Shown here one piece after another: positions 29,429 to 41,525 of a stretch of DNA of 64,000 bases (within the stretch, counting starts at the first letter, position 1; each line of letters starts with the position of its first letter). This DNA is from an uncultured Bacilli bacterium (lineage in GTDB: Bacteria > Bacillota_I > Bacilli_A > RF39 > UBA660): contig CAJUPN010000003.1 of NCBI GenBank assembly GCA_910588195.1, positions 42,842 to 106,841 on the forward strand, in the 5' to 3' direction. A program made the translations under genes and the position numbers. Under the pieces are notes generated by a model that did not search any database, was not told the DNA's origin, and saw only the letters and a list, made by a program, of their open reading frames with translations.

Positions 29429-31295
29429 GAATTTCCTCTTTTCCATATTCTTTTTTTAAATAAATTGTTAATATTGAAATATCTGTTGGATTTACTCCGC
29501 TGATTCTTGTGGCTTGAGCAATCGTTTCTGGTCTTATAGCTTCTAATTTTTGTCTTGCTTCACTGGCTAAATTTTTTACTTTAGCATAGTTTATATCTTT
29601 AGGTATTTTTTTACTTTCTAGTTTTAACATTTTTTCTACTTCACGATTAGTTTTAGCAATATAACCTTCATATTTAATTGCTATTTCAACAATTTCAAAT
29701 ATTTCTTCAGTGTATTCGTTTTTTAAATATTCTTTCAAAAAAGAAATTTTAATTTGGGGTCTTTTTAGTAATTCATAAAGATTCATACCAGAAGATAATT
29801 CCTCAATTTGAAGAGCTTCTTTTATTTCAGTATTTATTTCTTTAGGATGAATTTTAATATTTTTTAATTCTTTTGTTAGAGAGGCTATATTTTGTTCTTT
29901 TTCTCTTAATCTTTGCATTTGCTTTTCACTTATAAGTCCAGTTTGATAGCCATATTTTCTTAATCTTAAATCGGCATTATCATGTCTCAAGATAAGACGA
30001 TATTCTGCACGAGAGGTTAATAAACGATAAGGTTCTTGTGTCCCTTTTGTTACTAAATCATCAATTAAAACGCCTATATATGATTCATTTCTTTTTAATA
30101 TTAACGGGTCTTTTCCTTTTAATTTTAAACCCGCATTTATTCCAGCTATTAATCCTTGCCCTGCTGCTTCTTCATAACCACTAGTACCATTTATTTGTCC
30201 AGCAGTATAAAGATTTTTAATTAATTTTGATTCTAAAGAAGGATACATTTGTAATGGGTTGATTGCATCATATTCTATAGCATAAGCATATTTCAAAATT
30301 TTTGCGTTTTCTAATCCTACTAAAGAATGAACCATTTCCTCTTGAATATCTATTGGCATAGAAGTTGAAAAACCTTGAAGATATAAATCTGGATAAAAGT
30401 CACTTTCTGGTTCTAAAAATAATTGATGACGTTCTTTATCACTAAATCTGACAACTTTATCTTCGATTGAAGGACAGTATCTTGGCCCGATTCCTTCGGC
30501 ATATCCCCCATACATTGCAGACCTTGTTAAGTTATCTCTAATGATTTGATGAGTATTAGCATTTGTGTAGACTAAATAACATTTTCTTTGATTATTAACG
30601 TCATATGAGGCTTCATTATCAAAAGAAAATGTTAATGGTATTAAATCCCCATTTTCCTCAATTAATTTGGAATAATCTATAGTATTTGGATCAAGTCTTT
30701 GAGGAGTTCCTGTTTTTAATCTTTGAATTTCAAAACCTAAAGATGCTAGCTTGTCTGATAAATGCTTTGATGATACCTCACCGTGAGGACCTTCTTGTTT
30801 ACTAGTGTCTCCAATGAGTATTTTACTTTTTAAATATGTTCCTGTAGTTAAAATTAAAGCTTTACAATAGTATTTTTCTCCAGTTAGAGTAACAACACCT
30901 TTTATTTCATTGTTTTCAACAATTAGATCTTCCACCATCGCTTCTATAATATCTAAAGTTTCGATAGATTCTAATTCTTTAACCATATTTTTAGGATATG
31001 TAACTTTATCTCCTTGAGCTCTTAAAGATTTTACTGCAGGTCCTTTTCCAGAATTTAACATTTTAATTTGCAAGTGAGAAATATCTGCTATTTTTCCCAT
31101 TAAGCCACCTAAGGCATCAATTTCTCTTACGACGATTCCTTTAGCTGTTCCACCAATTGATGGATTGCATGGCATGTCTGCAATATTACTTTTATTTGAT
31201 GTAATAAGTGCTGTTTTTAATCCTTGTTTAGCTGATGAAGCAGCTGCTTCACATCCAGCATGTCCTCCACCAACGACTATAATGTCATATTTCAT
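29421..31295 (-). CDS. mnmG: tRNA uridine 5-carboxymethylaminomethyl modification enzyme MnmG
   Basis: FAD motif VVGGGHAGCEAA. Full-length GidA pattern. Confidence 0.95.
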   Translation of the reverse strand: MKYDIIVVGGGHAGCEAAASSAKQGLKTALITSNKSNIADMPCNPSIGGTAKGIVVREIDALGGLMGKIADISHLQIKMLNSGKGPAVKSLRAQGDKVTYPKNMVKELESIETLDIIEAMVEDLIVENNEIKGVVTLTGEKYYCKALILTTGTYLKSKILIGDTSKQEGPHGEVSSKHLSDKLASLGFEIQRLKTGTPQRLDPNTIDYSKLIEENGDLIPLTFSFDNEASYDVNNQRKCYLVYTNANTHQIIRDNLTRSAMYGGYAEGIGPRYCPSIEDKVVRFSDKERHQLFLEPESDFYPDLYLQGFSTSMPIDIQEEMVHSLVGLENAKILKYAYAIEYDAINPLQMYPSLESKLIKNLYTAGQINGTSGYEEAAGQGLIAGINAGLKLKGKDPLILKRNESYIGVLIDDLVTKGTQEPYRLLTSRAEYRLILRHDNADLRLRKYGYQTGLISEKQMQRLREKEQNIASLTKELKNIKIHPKEINTEIKEALQIEELSSGMNLYELLKRPQIKISFLKEYLKNEYTEEIFEIVEIAIKYEGYIAKTNREVEKMLKLESKKIPKDINYAKVKNLASEARQKLEAIRPETIAQATRISGVNPTDISILTIYLKKEYGKEEIHD

Positions 31296-31313
31296 ATTTT
31301 CACCTCCAAATTA

Positions 31314-32669
31314 TTATTTACCTAAGCAAAAATTGGCAAATAATTCATCTAACAGTTCATCTTTATAAGTTGCCCCTATTATTTCACCTAATAAATCATA
31401 AGCTTCTTTTATATCTGTTGCAATCATTTCAAGTGGAACTTCTTCTTCTACACTTTTTATTGCTTCTTCTATAGAATTTAAGGAAGACGTTATAAGAGCA
31501 ATTTGTCTTGCATTAGATAATAAATTAAAGTTTTTGCTCCCTATTTCATCTAGGTTGAACATTTCAATTATTTTATTCTTTAATTCATCTAGTCCATCTT
31601 TAGAAACTGTATTTCCAAATACAACTGGATATTCGCTGATAGATGATAAATCTATATTGCTTTCTAAATCTGATTTGTTAATAAGTACTAACTTTTTAAC
31701 ATTTTCCATTTGTTTAAGCAATTCTATTTCTTCTGATGTGATTTTTTCATTATTATTAAATACATAAATAATTAAATCTGCTTTTTTTGAGATATCAAGG
31801 GATTTATCTACACCTATTTTCTCAACAATATCATCAGTTTCTCTTATTCCAGCTGTATCAATTAAGTTTAATTTAATACCCGATAAAGATATTACTCCTT
31901 CAACTATATCTCTTGTTGTTCCAGCAACATTTGTTACGATAGCCTTTTCTTCATCTAATAGATGGTTTAATATACTACTTTTTCCTACATTAGGGCGACC
32001 GAGAATAGCAACATCAATTCCCTCTCTAATAATTTTTCCATCCTTGCTAGAAGATAAAAGTTTTTTTAAATTATCTTTAATAATCATTAAATCGTCTAAG
32101 ACTAGTTTATGAGTCATCTCAATATTATCTGCTTCCTCTGGATAATCAAAGTTAACTTCAAGTTTAGCTTGTAATCCTACTAATATTTTTCGATTATCAA
32201 TAATTAATTTAGAAAGATTTCCTAAAGTTCTATTAATAGCATATTTTCTTTGGGCTTCTGTTTCTGCCAAAATTAAATCGTTAATTCCTTCTGCTTCTAC
32301 TAAATCAATACGACCATTTAAATAAGCTCTTTTACTAAATTCTCCCCTATCAGCTAAACGCATACCATTAATAATTAGTATTTCTAGTATTTTATTAGTT
32401 GTTGAAATTCCTCCATGAGAATTTATTTCAACAATGTCTTCTTTTGTAAAAGTTTTGGGAGCTTTCATAATTGATACCAATACTTCATCTATTACTTCTC
32501 CATTATTGACAATATGTCCATAATTGATAGTGTGACTTTTTACTTTTGTAAGATCTTTTGAATCAAACACTTTATTAACTATTTCAATTACATTTGGGCC
32601 ACTACACCTTATTATAGAAATTGCTCCTACACCTAAAGCTGTTGATATTGCACAAATATTTTCTTTCAT
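31314..32669 (-). CDS. mnmE: tRNA modification GTPase MnmE
   Basis: G-domain GRPNVGKSS and DTAGIR. C-terminal CLGK. Confidence 0.95.
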   Translation of the reverse strand: MKENICAISTALGVGAISIIRCSGPNVIEIVNKVFDSKDLTKVKSHTINYGHIVNNGEVIDEVLVSIMKAPKTFTKEDIVEINSHGGISTTNKILEILIINGMRLADRGEFSKRAYLNGRIDLVEAEGINDLILAETEAQRKYAINRTLGNLSKLIIDNRKILVGLQAKLEVNFDYPEEADNIEMTHKLVLDDLMIIKDNLKKLLSSSKDGKIIREGIDVAILGRPNVGKSSILNHLLDEEKAIVTNVAGTTRDIVEGVISLSGIKLNLIDTAGIRETDDIVEKIGVDKSLDISKKADLIIYVFNNNEKITSEEIELLKQMENVKKLVLINKSDLESNIDLSSISEYPVVFGNTVSKDGLDELKNKIIEMFNLDEIGSKNFNLLSNARQIALITSSLNSIEEAIKSVEEEVPLEMIATDIKEAYDLLGEIIGATYKDELLDELFANFCLGK

Positions 32670-32764
32670 CTGTTACTCCCCTTTCGCGATTGATATTATA
32701 ACATAAAGTTTTATATTCTACTATATTTTAGTTTACTACAAACTTAAATAATAAAAAAGAGGAT

Positions 32765-33376
32765 TTAGTCCTCTTTTGGTTTTATTACAATATGTCTTTC
32801 AGGTTCTTCTCCGATACTCTCTGTATAAACCTTATTGTTATCAGTTAAGACATTATGAATTACTCTTCTTTCATATGAGTTCATATTTTCTAGCTCAACT
32901 GGATTTTTTGTCTCGGCAACTTCTTTTGCCAAATTCTTAGCAAGTCGTTCTAAGTACTTGATTCTCTTTTCCTTATAATCTTCAACATCTAATACGATAT
33001 ATGGATATGTCTTAATGTTGTTATAAACAACTTGTTTTACAACAGTTGTTAATGCTTTAAGAGTTTGACCGTTTTTTCCGATCAATATTTTATTATTATC
33101 TGAATACATTTTTATAGTAATTTGACTATCGCGAATTTTTGATTCAAAAGTTACGTTAAGTCCCATAGATTTTGTTAAATCTTCTAAATATTCTTTTATA
33201 AATTTAATTATGTTTTCTAATGTCGCTACATAAACTTTAACAACTTCTTTTTTTAATAGTCCACCTTTTTCTTTTTCTGTATAATAAAGAATTTCGCTTT
33301 CTTCTACGCCTAAGCTTTCTAAAGCTAATTCTAAAACCTCTTTTTCTTCTTTTCCTTCAAATACTTCTACTTGCAT
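32765..33376 (-). CDS. jag: Jag/KhpB RNA-binding protein (KH + R3H)
   Basis: KH-like GKNGQTLKAL and R3H ERRVIHNVL. Follows yidC. Confidence 0.85.
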   Translation of the reverse strand: MQVEVFEGKEEKEVLELALESLGVEESEILYYTEKEKGGLLKKEVVKVYVATLENIIKFIKEYLEDLTKSMGLNVTFESKIRDSQITIKMYSDNNKILIGKNGQTLKALTTVVKQVVYNNIKTYPYIVLDVEDYKEKRIKYLERLAKNLAKEVAETKNPVELENMNSYERRVIHNVLTDNNKVYTESIGEEPERHIVIKPKED

Positions 33377-33380
33377 TTTA

Positions 33381-34310
33381 CTAACCTCTTTTCTTCATTA
33401 AATTCATCTGAATTACATTAAATGCATTTGTTACAACCCAATATAAAGCGATAGCTGATGGTAATTGGAATGATGCAATACCAATAAATACTGTCATAAA
33501 TATCAACATATATTTTGTTTGTTTTACTTGTTCAGATGAGGAAGACATGGATGCCATACTTTGTTTAAATGATAAGGCTGTAAATACTAATATTAAAATA
33601 ATTAAAATAACATAGTAATAATTTCCATCTTTAATTCCTATTAAAGGAGTTGTTCCCAATTGGAATTTCCAAAAATAATTTTCAAATATTGCTGGAACTC
33701 TATTTATTGCCTCTAAAAAAGCAAAGAATAAAGGAAGTTGAATAAAAGATACAAGACAACTACTCATTGGATTAATATTGTATTTTTGATATAATGCTAA
33801 AGTTTCTTGACTCTTTTTCATCATTGATTCTTGATCGGTCTTATTTTCATATTTTTTTTCAATTCGTGACATTTCTGGTTGAATTTTCTTCATATTTTCT
33901 TGTTGTTTAGCCGTTTTTGCAGAAATAGGAAGCATGATTATTCGAATTATTAAACCAATAATCATTACTGATAAACCATAATTACCAAAAACTTTTCCTA
34001 ATTTAATGATACACCAAGCAAGAGGTCGAACAAATAATCCAACCCAAAGTCCATTATATGATTTTTTCTCATAAATTTTCATTTCTGTACACTTTGGTAA
34101 CTCTTCTATCTTTATCGGAAGATTTTTTTCATATTTCTTATATTCTTCTAAAAGTTTATTGTCTTCTGGCAAGCATAAAATATTTGCTGTTAAATTTTGA
34201 CCAGTTTTTTCATTCACTACTCTTTTATTATTATCATCTGATAGATATTTGGTACATCCTGTTAATGTTAATAAAACAATTGCGAATAATACTACTATTT
34301 TCTTTTTCAT
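33381..34310 (-). CDS. yidC: Membrane protein insertase YidC/SpoIIIJ (lipoprotein type)
   Basis: Lipobox LTLTGC. Conserved PMSSCLVSFIQLPLFFAF and ALYWVVTN regions. Confidence 0.9.
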   Translation of the reverse strand: MKKKIVVLFAIVLLTLTGCTKYLSDDNNKRVVNEKTGQNLTANILCLPEDNKLLEEYKKYEKNLPIKIEELPKCTEMKIYEKKSYNGLWVGLFVRPLAWCIIKLGKVFGNYGLSVMIIGLIIRIIMLPISAKTAKQQENMKKIQPEMSRIEKKYENKTDQESMMKKSQETLALYQKYNINPMSSCLVSFIQLPLFFAFLEAINRVPAIFENYFWKFQLGTTPLIGIKDGNYYYVILIILILVFTALSFKQSMASMSSSSEQVKQTKYMLIFMTVFIGIASFQLPSAIALYWVVTNAFNVIQMNLMKKRG

Positions 34311-34318
34311 ACATTCAC

Positions 34319-34639
34319 CTATTTTTCTAAAGTTCTTTTTAATTCTATTTCTAAATCTTGAAATTTTGCTTCTAATGAACTTCTTTTAACTATTATAATA
34401 TAATCTACTCCTTTTGAAAATAATTTTTTATTAGAAGTAATCAACATTCTATATTGTCTTTTTAGTTTATTTCTTATAACAGCATTCCCTACTTTTTTTC
34501 CAACAGCAATACCAAAGCGGGGAAATTCAAAATTACTTTCCTTATTATATATAATAAAATATTTACTTTTTATGTATTTTCCTTTTGCAATTATATCATC
34601 AAAATGCTTATGCTCTTTTACAATTTCATATTTTTTCAT
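34319..34639 (-). CDS. rnpA: RNase P protein component
   Basis: 106 aa with AVIRNKLKRQ (RNR motif). Confidence 0.9.
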   Translation of the reverse strand: MKKYEIVKEHKHFDDIIAKGKYIKSKYFIIYNKESNFEFPRFGIAVGKKVGNAVIRNKLKRQYRMLITSNKKLFSKGVDYIIIVKRSSLEAKFQDLEIELKRTLEK

Positions 34640-34692
34640 ATAATTGCCTCTCTTTCCTTTTTTTAAAAGAAAAAGCCACTGTGTGGCTTAAC

Positions 34693-34815
34693 TTATTTGC
34701 AAAGTACCTTACGTCCTTTAGCTCTTCTAGATTTTAGAATTTTTGTATTTTTACGTGCAAAGAAACCATGTTTTTTTGCTTTTTTTCTATTATTTGGTTG
34801 ATAAGTTCTTTTCAT
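34693..34815 (-). CDS. rpmH: 50S ribosomal protein L34 (below the ORF-track size cutoff)
   Basis: Hand translation gives [51 protein letters not shown]. Terminator-like hairpin agccac/gtggct just downstream. Confidence 0.9.
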   Translation of the reverse strand: MKRTYQPNNRKKAKKHGFFARKNTKILKSRRAKGRKVLCK

Positions 34816-35001
34816 AAGTGCTCCACCTCCGGTTCTAAAAATATCAGTTTATTTAATCTGACATCAATCTCAAAGCAAGGTTATTATATTATATTAAGGA
34901 GATTAAGTCAACAAAATTGAAGATTTTTTTATGCTTTTATAATATTTTTATAATTGTTAATAAATATAACGATTTTATGTTCTTTTTCTTAGTTTTAAAC
35001 A

Positions 35002-35178
35002 CTTTCAACGTTGAAAGTTGATAACTTATAAACTTAATTGAAAACTTTTTTTATTAATTTGTTGAAAAGGTTGAAAACTATTTCAAAATACTATATTATA
35101 GTACATTAAGAGTTGAAAACTTTGTTGAAAAATGTGGTAAAAAGTCTTTTTTCAATATTTTTCTTTACTTTTTCAACT
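35002..35178. other. oriC part 1: cluster of at least 10 variant DnaA boxes upstream of dnaA
   Basis: Repeated TT(T/A)TCAAC / GTTGA(A/T)AA 9-mers at about 35002, 35009, 35017, 35037, 35060, 35070, 35112, 35123, 35149 and 35170, plus TGTGGTAAA at 35133. An AT-rich tract lies at 34921-34990. Confidence 0.75.
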
Positions 35179-35230
35179 AAAAAGTTATAAAATTTAATTA
35201 GTTAGAAGGCTATGACAACAGGGTGGTTAT

Positions 35231-36592
35231 ATGGACAGAGTAGAGTTATGGAATAGTTGCTTAGAATATTTAAAATCAAAAACAGATAATATATCTTTTA
35301 GTATTTGGTTTAAAGATGCTGAACTTGTAAAAGTACAAGATAGAATTTTAGTTATAAGAGTACCAACAATTTATATAAAAGATCATATTAATCAATTTTA
35401 TACTGAACTATTGGAAGAAATGATAGAAAAATGCTCTGATGTTCCATATGAATATGAGGTTGTAATTCAAGAAGATTTAGAAAAGGAAGAAGTAAAAAAT
35501 GAACCTGTAATTATAGAAAGTGGTATAGATTTACCAAAATTTAAGGAAGATAATTCAAATTTAAATTCTTCTTATACTTTTGATAATTTTGTAGTAGGGG
35601 ATACTAATAGATTTGCAGCAACCGTTGGTTTATCGGTTGCTGAACAACCTGGAAAAGTCTATAACCCATTATTTATATATGGAAAAAGTGGACTTGGAAA
35701 AACACATTTAATGCATGCGATTGGAAATTATATAAAGAAAAATACGCAAAAATCTGTTTTATATGTTACAAGTGATACTTTTATATCAGATTTTACTAAT
35801 TTATATAAAAAAGATGAAGAAAAATATGAATTAGAACAACGATTTAAAGATAAATATAGAAATGTTGATGTTCTGATAATAGACGATATCCAATTTCTAG
35901 GTGGAGCTACGAAAACACAAGATGAATTTTTTAACACTTTTAATTTCCTTCACCAAGGACAGAAGCAGATAATTATAAGTAGTGATAGATCACCAGATGA
36001 TTTAAAAGTCTTAGAAGATCGTTTGAAAACGCGATTTAATTGGGGAATAACAGTAAATATTATGCCTCCAGACTATGAACTAAGATTAAAAATTATAAAA
36101 AATAAAATAGCAGGTAAAGAAGCTTCTGCTCTTATTAAACAGGAAGTTTTAGAATTTATTGCTAATAATTGTGAAAGCGATGTCAGACACTTAGAAGGAA
36201 CTATAAATCGCTTATTTGCTGTCACAGCAATGTATTCTCCAAAGGAAATAAATTTAGAATTTGCTCAAGAAAATTTAAAAGATTATATAGGAAATTCTCT
36301 TTATATAACAAATAATATAGCCAAAATTCAAAAAGCTGTTGCGGAATACTATGATTTAACGGTTGAAAATTTAAAAAGTAAAAAAAGAACTGCTAATATT
36401 AATAAAGCTAGGCAAATTGCGATGTATTTATGTAAAATGACTACAGAAGAGACGATTGAACGAATTGGTTTAGAATTTAATAGAGATCATGCAACAGTTA
36501 TACATGCCTGTGATAAGATTGATGAAGAATACAAAAAAAATGATGAATTAAAAGAACAAGTTAAAGAGATTAAGATGAAAATATCTAATTAA
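35231..36592 (+). CDS. dnaA: Chromosomal replication initiator DnaA
   Basis: AAA+ GKSGLGKTHL, DDIQFL and domain IV HATVIHA. Confidence 0.97.
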   Translation: MDRVELWNSCLEYLKSKTDNISFSIWFKDAELVKVQDRILVIRVPTIYIKDHINQFYTELLEEMIEKCSDVPYEYEVVIQEDLEKEEVKNEPVIIESGIDLPKFKEDNSNLNSSYTFDNFVVGDTNRFAATVGLSVAEQPGKVYNPLFIYGKSGLGKTHLMHAIGNYIKKNTQKSVLYVTSDTFISDFTNLYKKDEEKYELEQRFKDKYRNVDVLIIDDIQFLGGATKTQDEFFNTFNFLHQGQKQIIISSDRSPDDLKVLEDRLKTRFNWGITVNIMPPDYELRLKIIKNKIAGKEASALIKQEVLEFIANNCESDVRHLEGTINRLFAVTAMYSPKEINLEFAQENLKDYIGNSLYITNNIAKIQKAVAEYYDLTVENLKSKKRTANINKARQIAMYLCKMTTEETIERIGLEFNRDHATVIHACDKIDEEYKKNDELKEQVKEIKMKISN

Positions 36593-36672
36593 ATGTTAAT
36601 AAGTCTTAAGTTTTTAACAAAAAAAACTAATAAAAATCAGCAAAAATAACGTAAATTAATAGGAAATTAAAG

Positions 36673-36725
36673 TTATCAACTTTTTCAACCCTAATAATAA
36701 TAACAATATAATAATAAATAAAAGA
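36673..36725. other. oriC part 2: two DnaA boxes, GC cluster, TAA-trio / AT-rich unwinding element
   Basis: TTATCAACT (36673-36681), TTTTCAACC (36682-36690), CCC (36689-36691), then TAATAATAATAA CAATATAATAATAAATAAAAG. Confidence 0.55.
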
Positions 36726-36741
36726 AAGAAGGAAAAATTTT

Positions 36742-37863
36742 ATGAAATTCTCAATAAAGAAAAATATTATATTAGAACAATTAACAAATGTAAGTAAAGC
36801 TATTTCGACAAGAAATATTATTCCTATTTTAAATGGAATCAAATTTGATTTAACTAAAGAAGGATTGAATCTAACAGCAAGTGATTCTGATTTAACAATA
36901 AAATCATTTATTCCTGCAGATAAAATAGAAAATATTGATGTAGAAGGGGAAATTATTATACAAAGTAAGTATATTCTTGAAATTATAAAAAAATTGCCAA
37001 GTGATATTGTTAATTTTGAAGTTATTGATAGTTTAAAAATACTTATATATACTGAGACTAGTCAATATAATTTAAATTGTTTAAATAGTGTAGATTATCC
37101 ACAAATAGAATTAAATGATAATACTTCCCATATTGAATTAAAATCTGGAGATTTAAAAAAGATGATAAAGCAAACAATATTTGCAATATCTACTCAAGAG
37201 TCAAGACCATTACTTACAGGTATTAATATAAAAATAAATGGAAGTATTTTAGAATGTGTTGCAACAGATTCATATCGATTAGCTAAGAAAACACTTACTT
37301 TAGATTCTCCTTACAGTGAAACTATAGATATAGTAATACCAGGGAAGAATATTAATGAATTAGATAAAATAATGACTGAAGATGATAAAAATGTAGAAAT
37401 CCATATTTTTGATAATAAGATTATGTTTAAATATGAAGGAATAAAATTTCAATCTAATTTATTAAATGGAAGTTATCCAAATACATCTAATTTTATTCCA
37501 GCTGACTTTGCTTATATCATATCTACTAAATTAAATGATTATAATTTGGCAATTGATGGTGCTTCTCTTTTAACACAGAGTAAAGAAAAGAATATTGTAA
37601 AAATGGAAGCTATTGCTAATGAATTAATTATTAGTTCTTTTGCATCAGAAATAGGTAAGGCTGAAAATAGAATAACAGTTGAAAGAAATGTTCAAGATGA
37701 TTTATCAATTTCTTTTAGTGCAAAATATATGATGGATGCATTAAAAACATTTGATGAAGAAGATATTATTATCTGTATGAATAGTGATTCTAAACCTATC
37801 GTTATTAAATCAGCGACAGATGAATCTTTGATTCAATTAGTTTTACCAATAAAGACATATTAA
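36742..37863 (+). CDS. dnaN: DNA polymerase III beta sliding clamp
   Basis: 373 aa, three-domain clamp pattern. Position after dnaA. Confidence 0.95.
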   Translation: MKFSIKKNIILEQLTNVSKAISTRNIIPILNGIKFDLTKEGLNLTASDSDLTIKSFIPADKIENIDVEGEIIIQSKYILEIIKKLPSDIVNFEVIDSLKILIYTETSQYNLNCLNSVDYPQIELNDNTSHIELKSGDLKKMIKQTIFAISTQESRPLLTGINIKINGSILECVATDSYRLAKKTLTLDSPYSETIDIVIPGKNINELDKIMTEDDKNVEIHIFDNKIMFKYEGIKFQSNLLNGSYPNTSNFIPADFAYIISTKLNDYNLAIDGASLLTQSKEKNIVKMEAIANELIISSFASEIGKAENRITVERNVQDDLSISFSAKYMMDALKTFDEEDIIICMNSDSKPIVIKSATDESLIQLVLPIKTY

Positions 37864-37864
37864 T

Positions 37865-37893
37865 AGACTTTTTCTAAAGTCTATTTTTTTTCG
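37865..37893 (+). terminator. Terminator after dnaN
   Basis: Stem tagacttt / aaagtcta with loop ttct, followed by T8. Confidence 0.6.
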
Positions 37894-37950
37894 ACAAATT
37901 TTTACATAGGGTAGATGATAGAGTAGCCACTTAAAGAACGGAGGTGAGTT

Positions 37951-38409
37951 ATGAGCGATTATACTATTAATAATGAAACTCTAGCAATTATATCCTGTGG
38001 AAATGATATTTCGTTAGTATATGAGGGAAAGGAAATGTTTGTTATTAATGAAAGACCAAATAACATTATAAAGAAAAATTGTTTAAAATATGGTAGTTCT
38101 TTTGAAGGAAGATTAAAAAGTGCAGAAATTATTACAGGATGTAAGTATAAATCTCCTATTGTAGTGAGTGGTTCAAAAAGATTAATATTTTTTCCAACAT
38201 CTTCCCCAAGGTTAAAATCCGTTAGTTGGATTAATATGATGAATATTGATAGAGTTTATTATAATGCTTTAAAAAAAGTGACAGTTATTGTATTTCAAAA
38301 TGATGTTTTATTGGAATTAAAGGTCAGTTTAAACATTTTAAACAATCAAATATTAAAATCAATGCAATTAGAACATTATTTAAGAAAAAAAAGGTATAAT
38401 AGAGCATAA
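37951..38409 (+). CDS. comK: ComK-family competence transcription factor-like protein
   Basis: CLKYGSSFEGRLKS, KYKSPIVV and LIFFPTSSPRLKSVSWIN align with the ComK core (CRFFGSSYAGRK, HKPPIMV, IFLFPT...CGWIS). Confidence 0.7.
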   Translation: MSDYTINNETLAIISCGNDISLVYEGKEMFVINERPNNIIKKNCLKYGSSFEGRLKSAEIITGCKYKSPIVVSGSKRLIFFPTSSPRLKSVSWINMMNIDRVYYNALKKVTVIVFQNDVLLELKVSLNILNNQILKSMQLEHYLRKKRYNRA

Positions 38410-38509
38410 ATTTCTTTTTTATATATCTAATTTGTGATATAATTAGTATGTGGTATAGGTGTACATTAATGGTGCAAAATCACTTAAAATTGCATTTAAG
38501 GGGGTTAAA

Positions 38510-41513
<3,004 letters not shown>

Positions 41514-41525
41514 GAGGTGAGTTAA

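Noticed and set aside
37095-37103. Perfect canonical DnaA boxes TTATCCACA inside dnaN (37095-37103) and inside the 59500-60525 ORF (59886-59894).
   Set aside because: These are single isolated copies within coding sequence. About one such 9-mer is expected by chance in 64 kb of this composition. They are not clustered like the variant boxes flanking dnaA.
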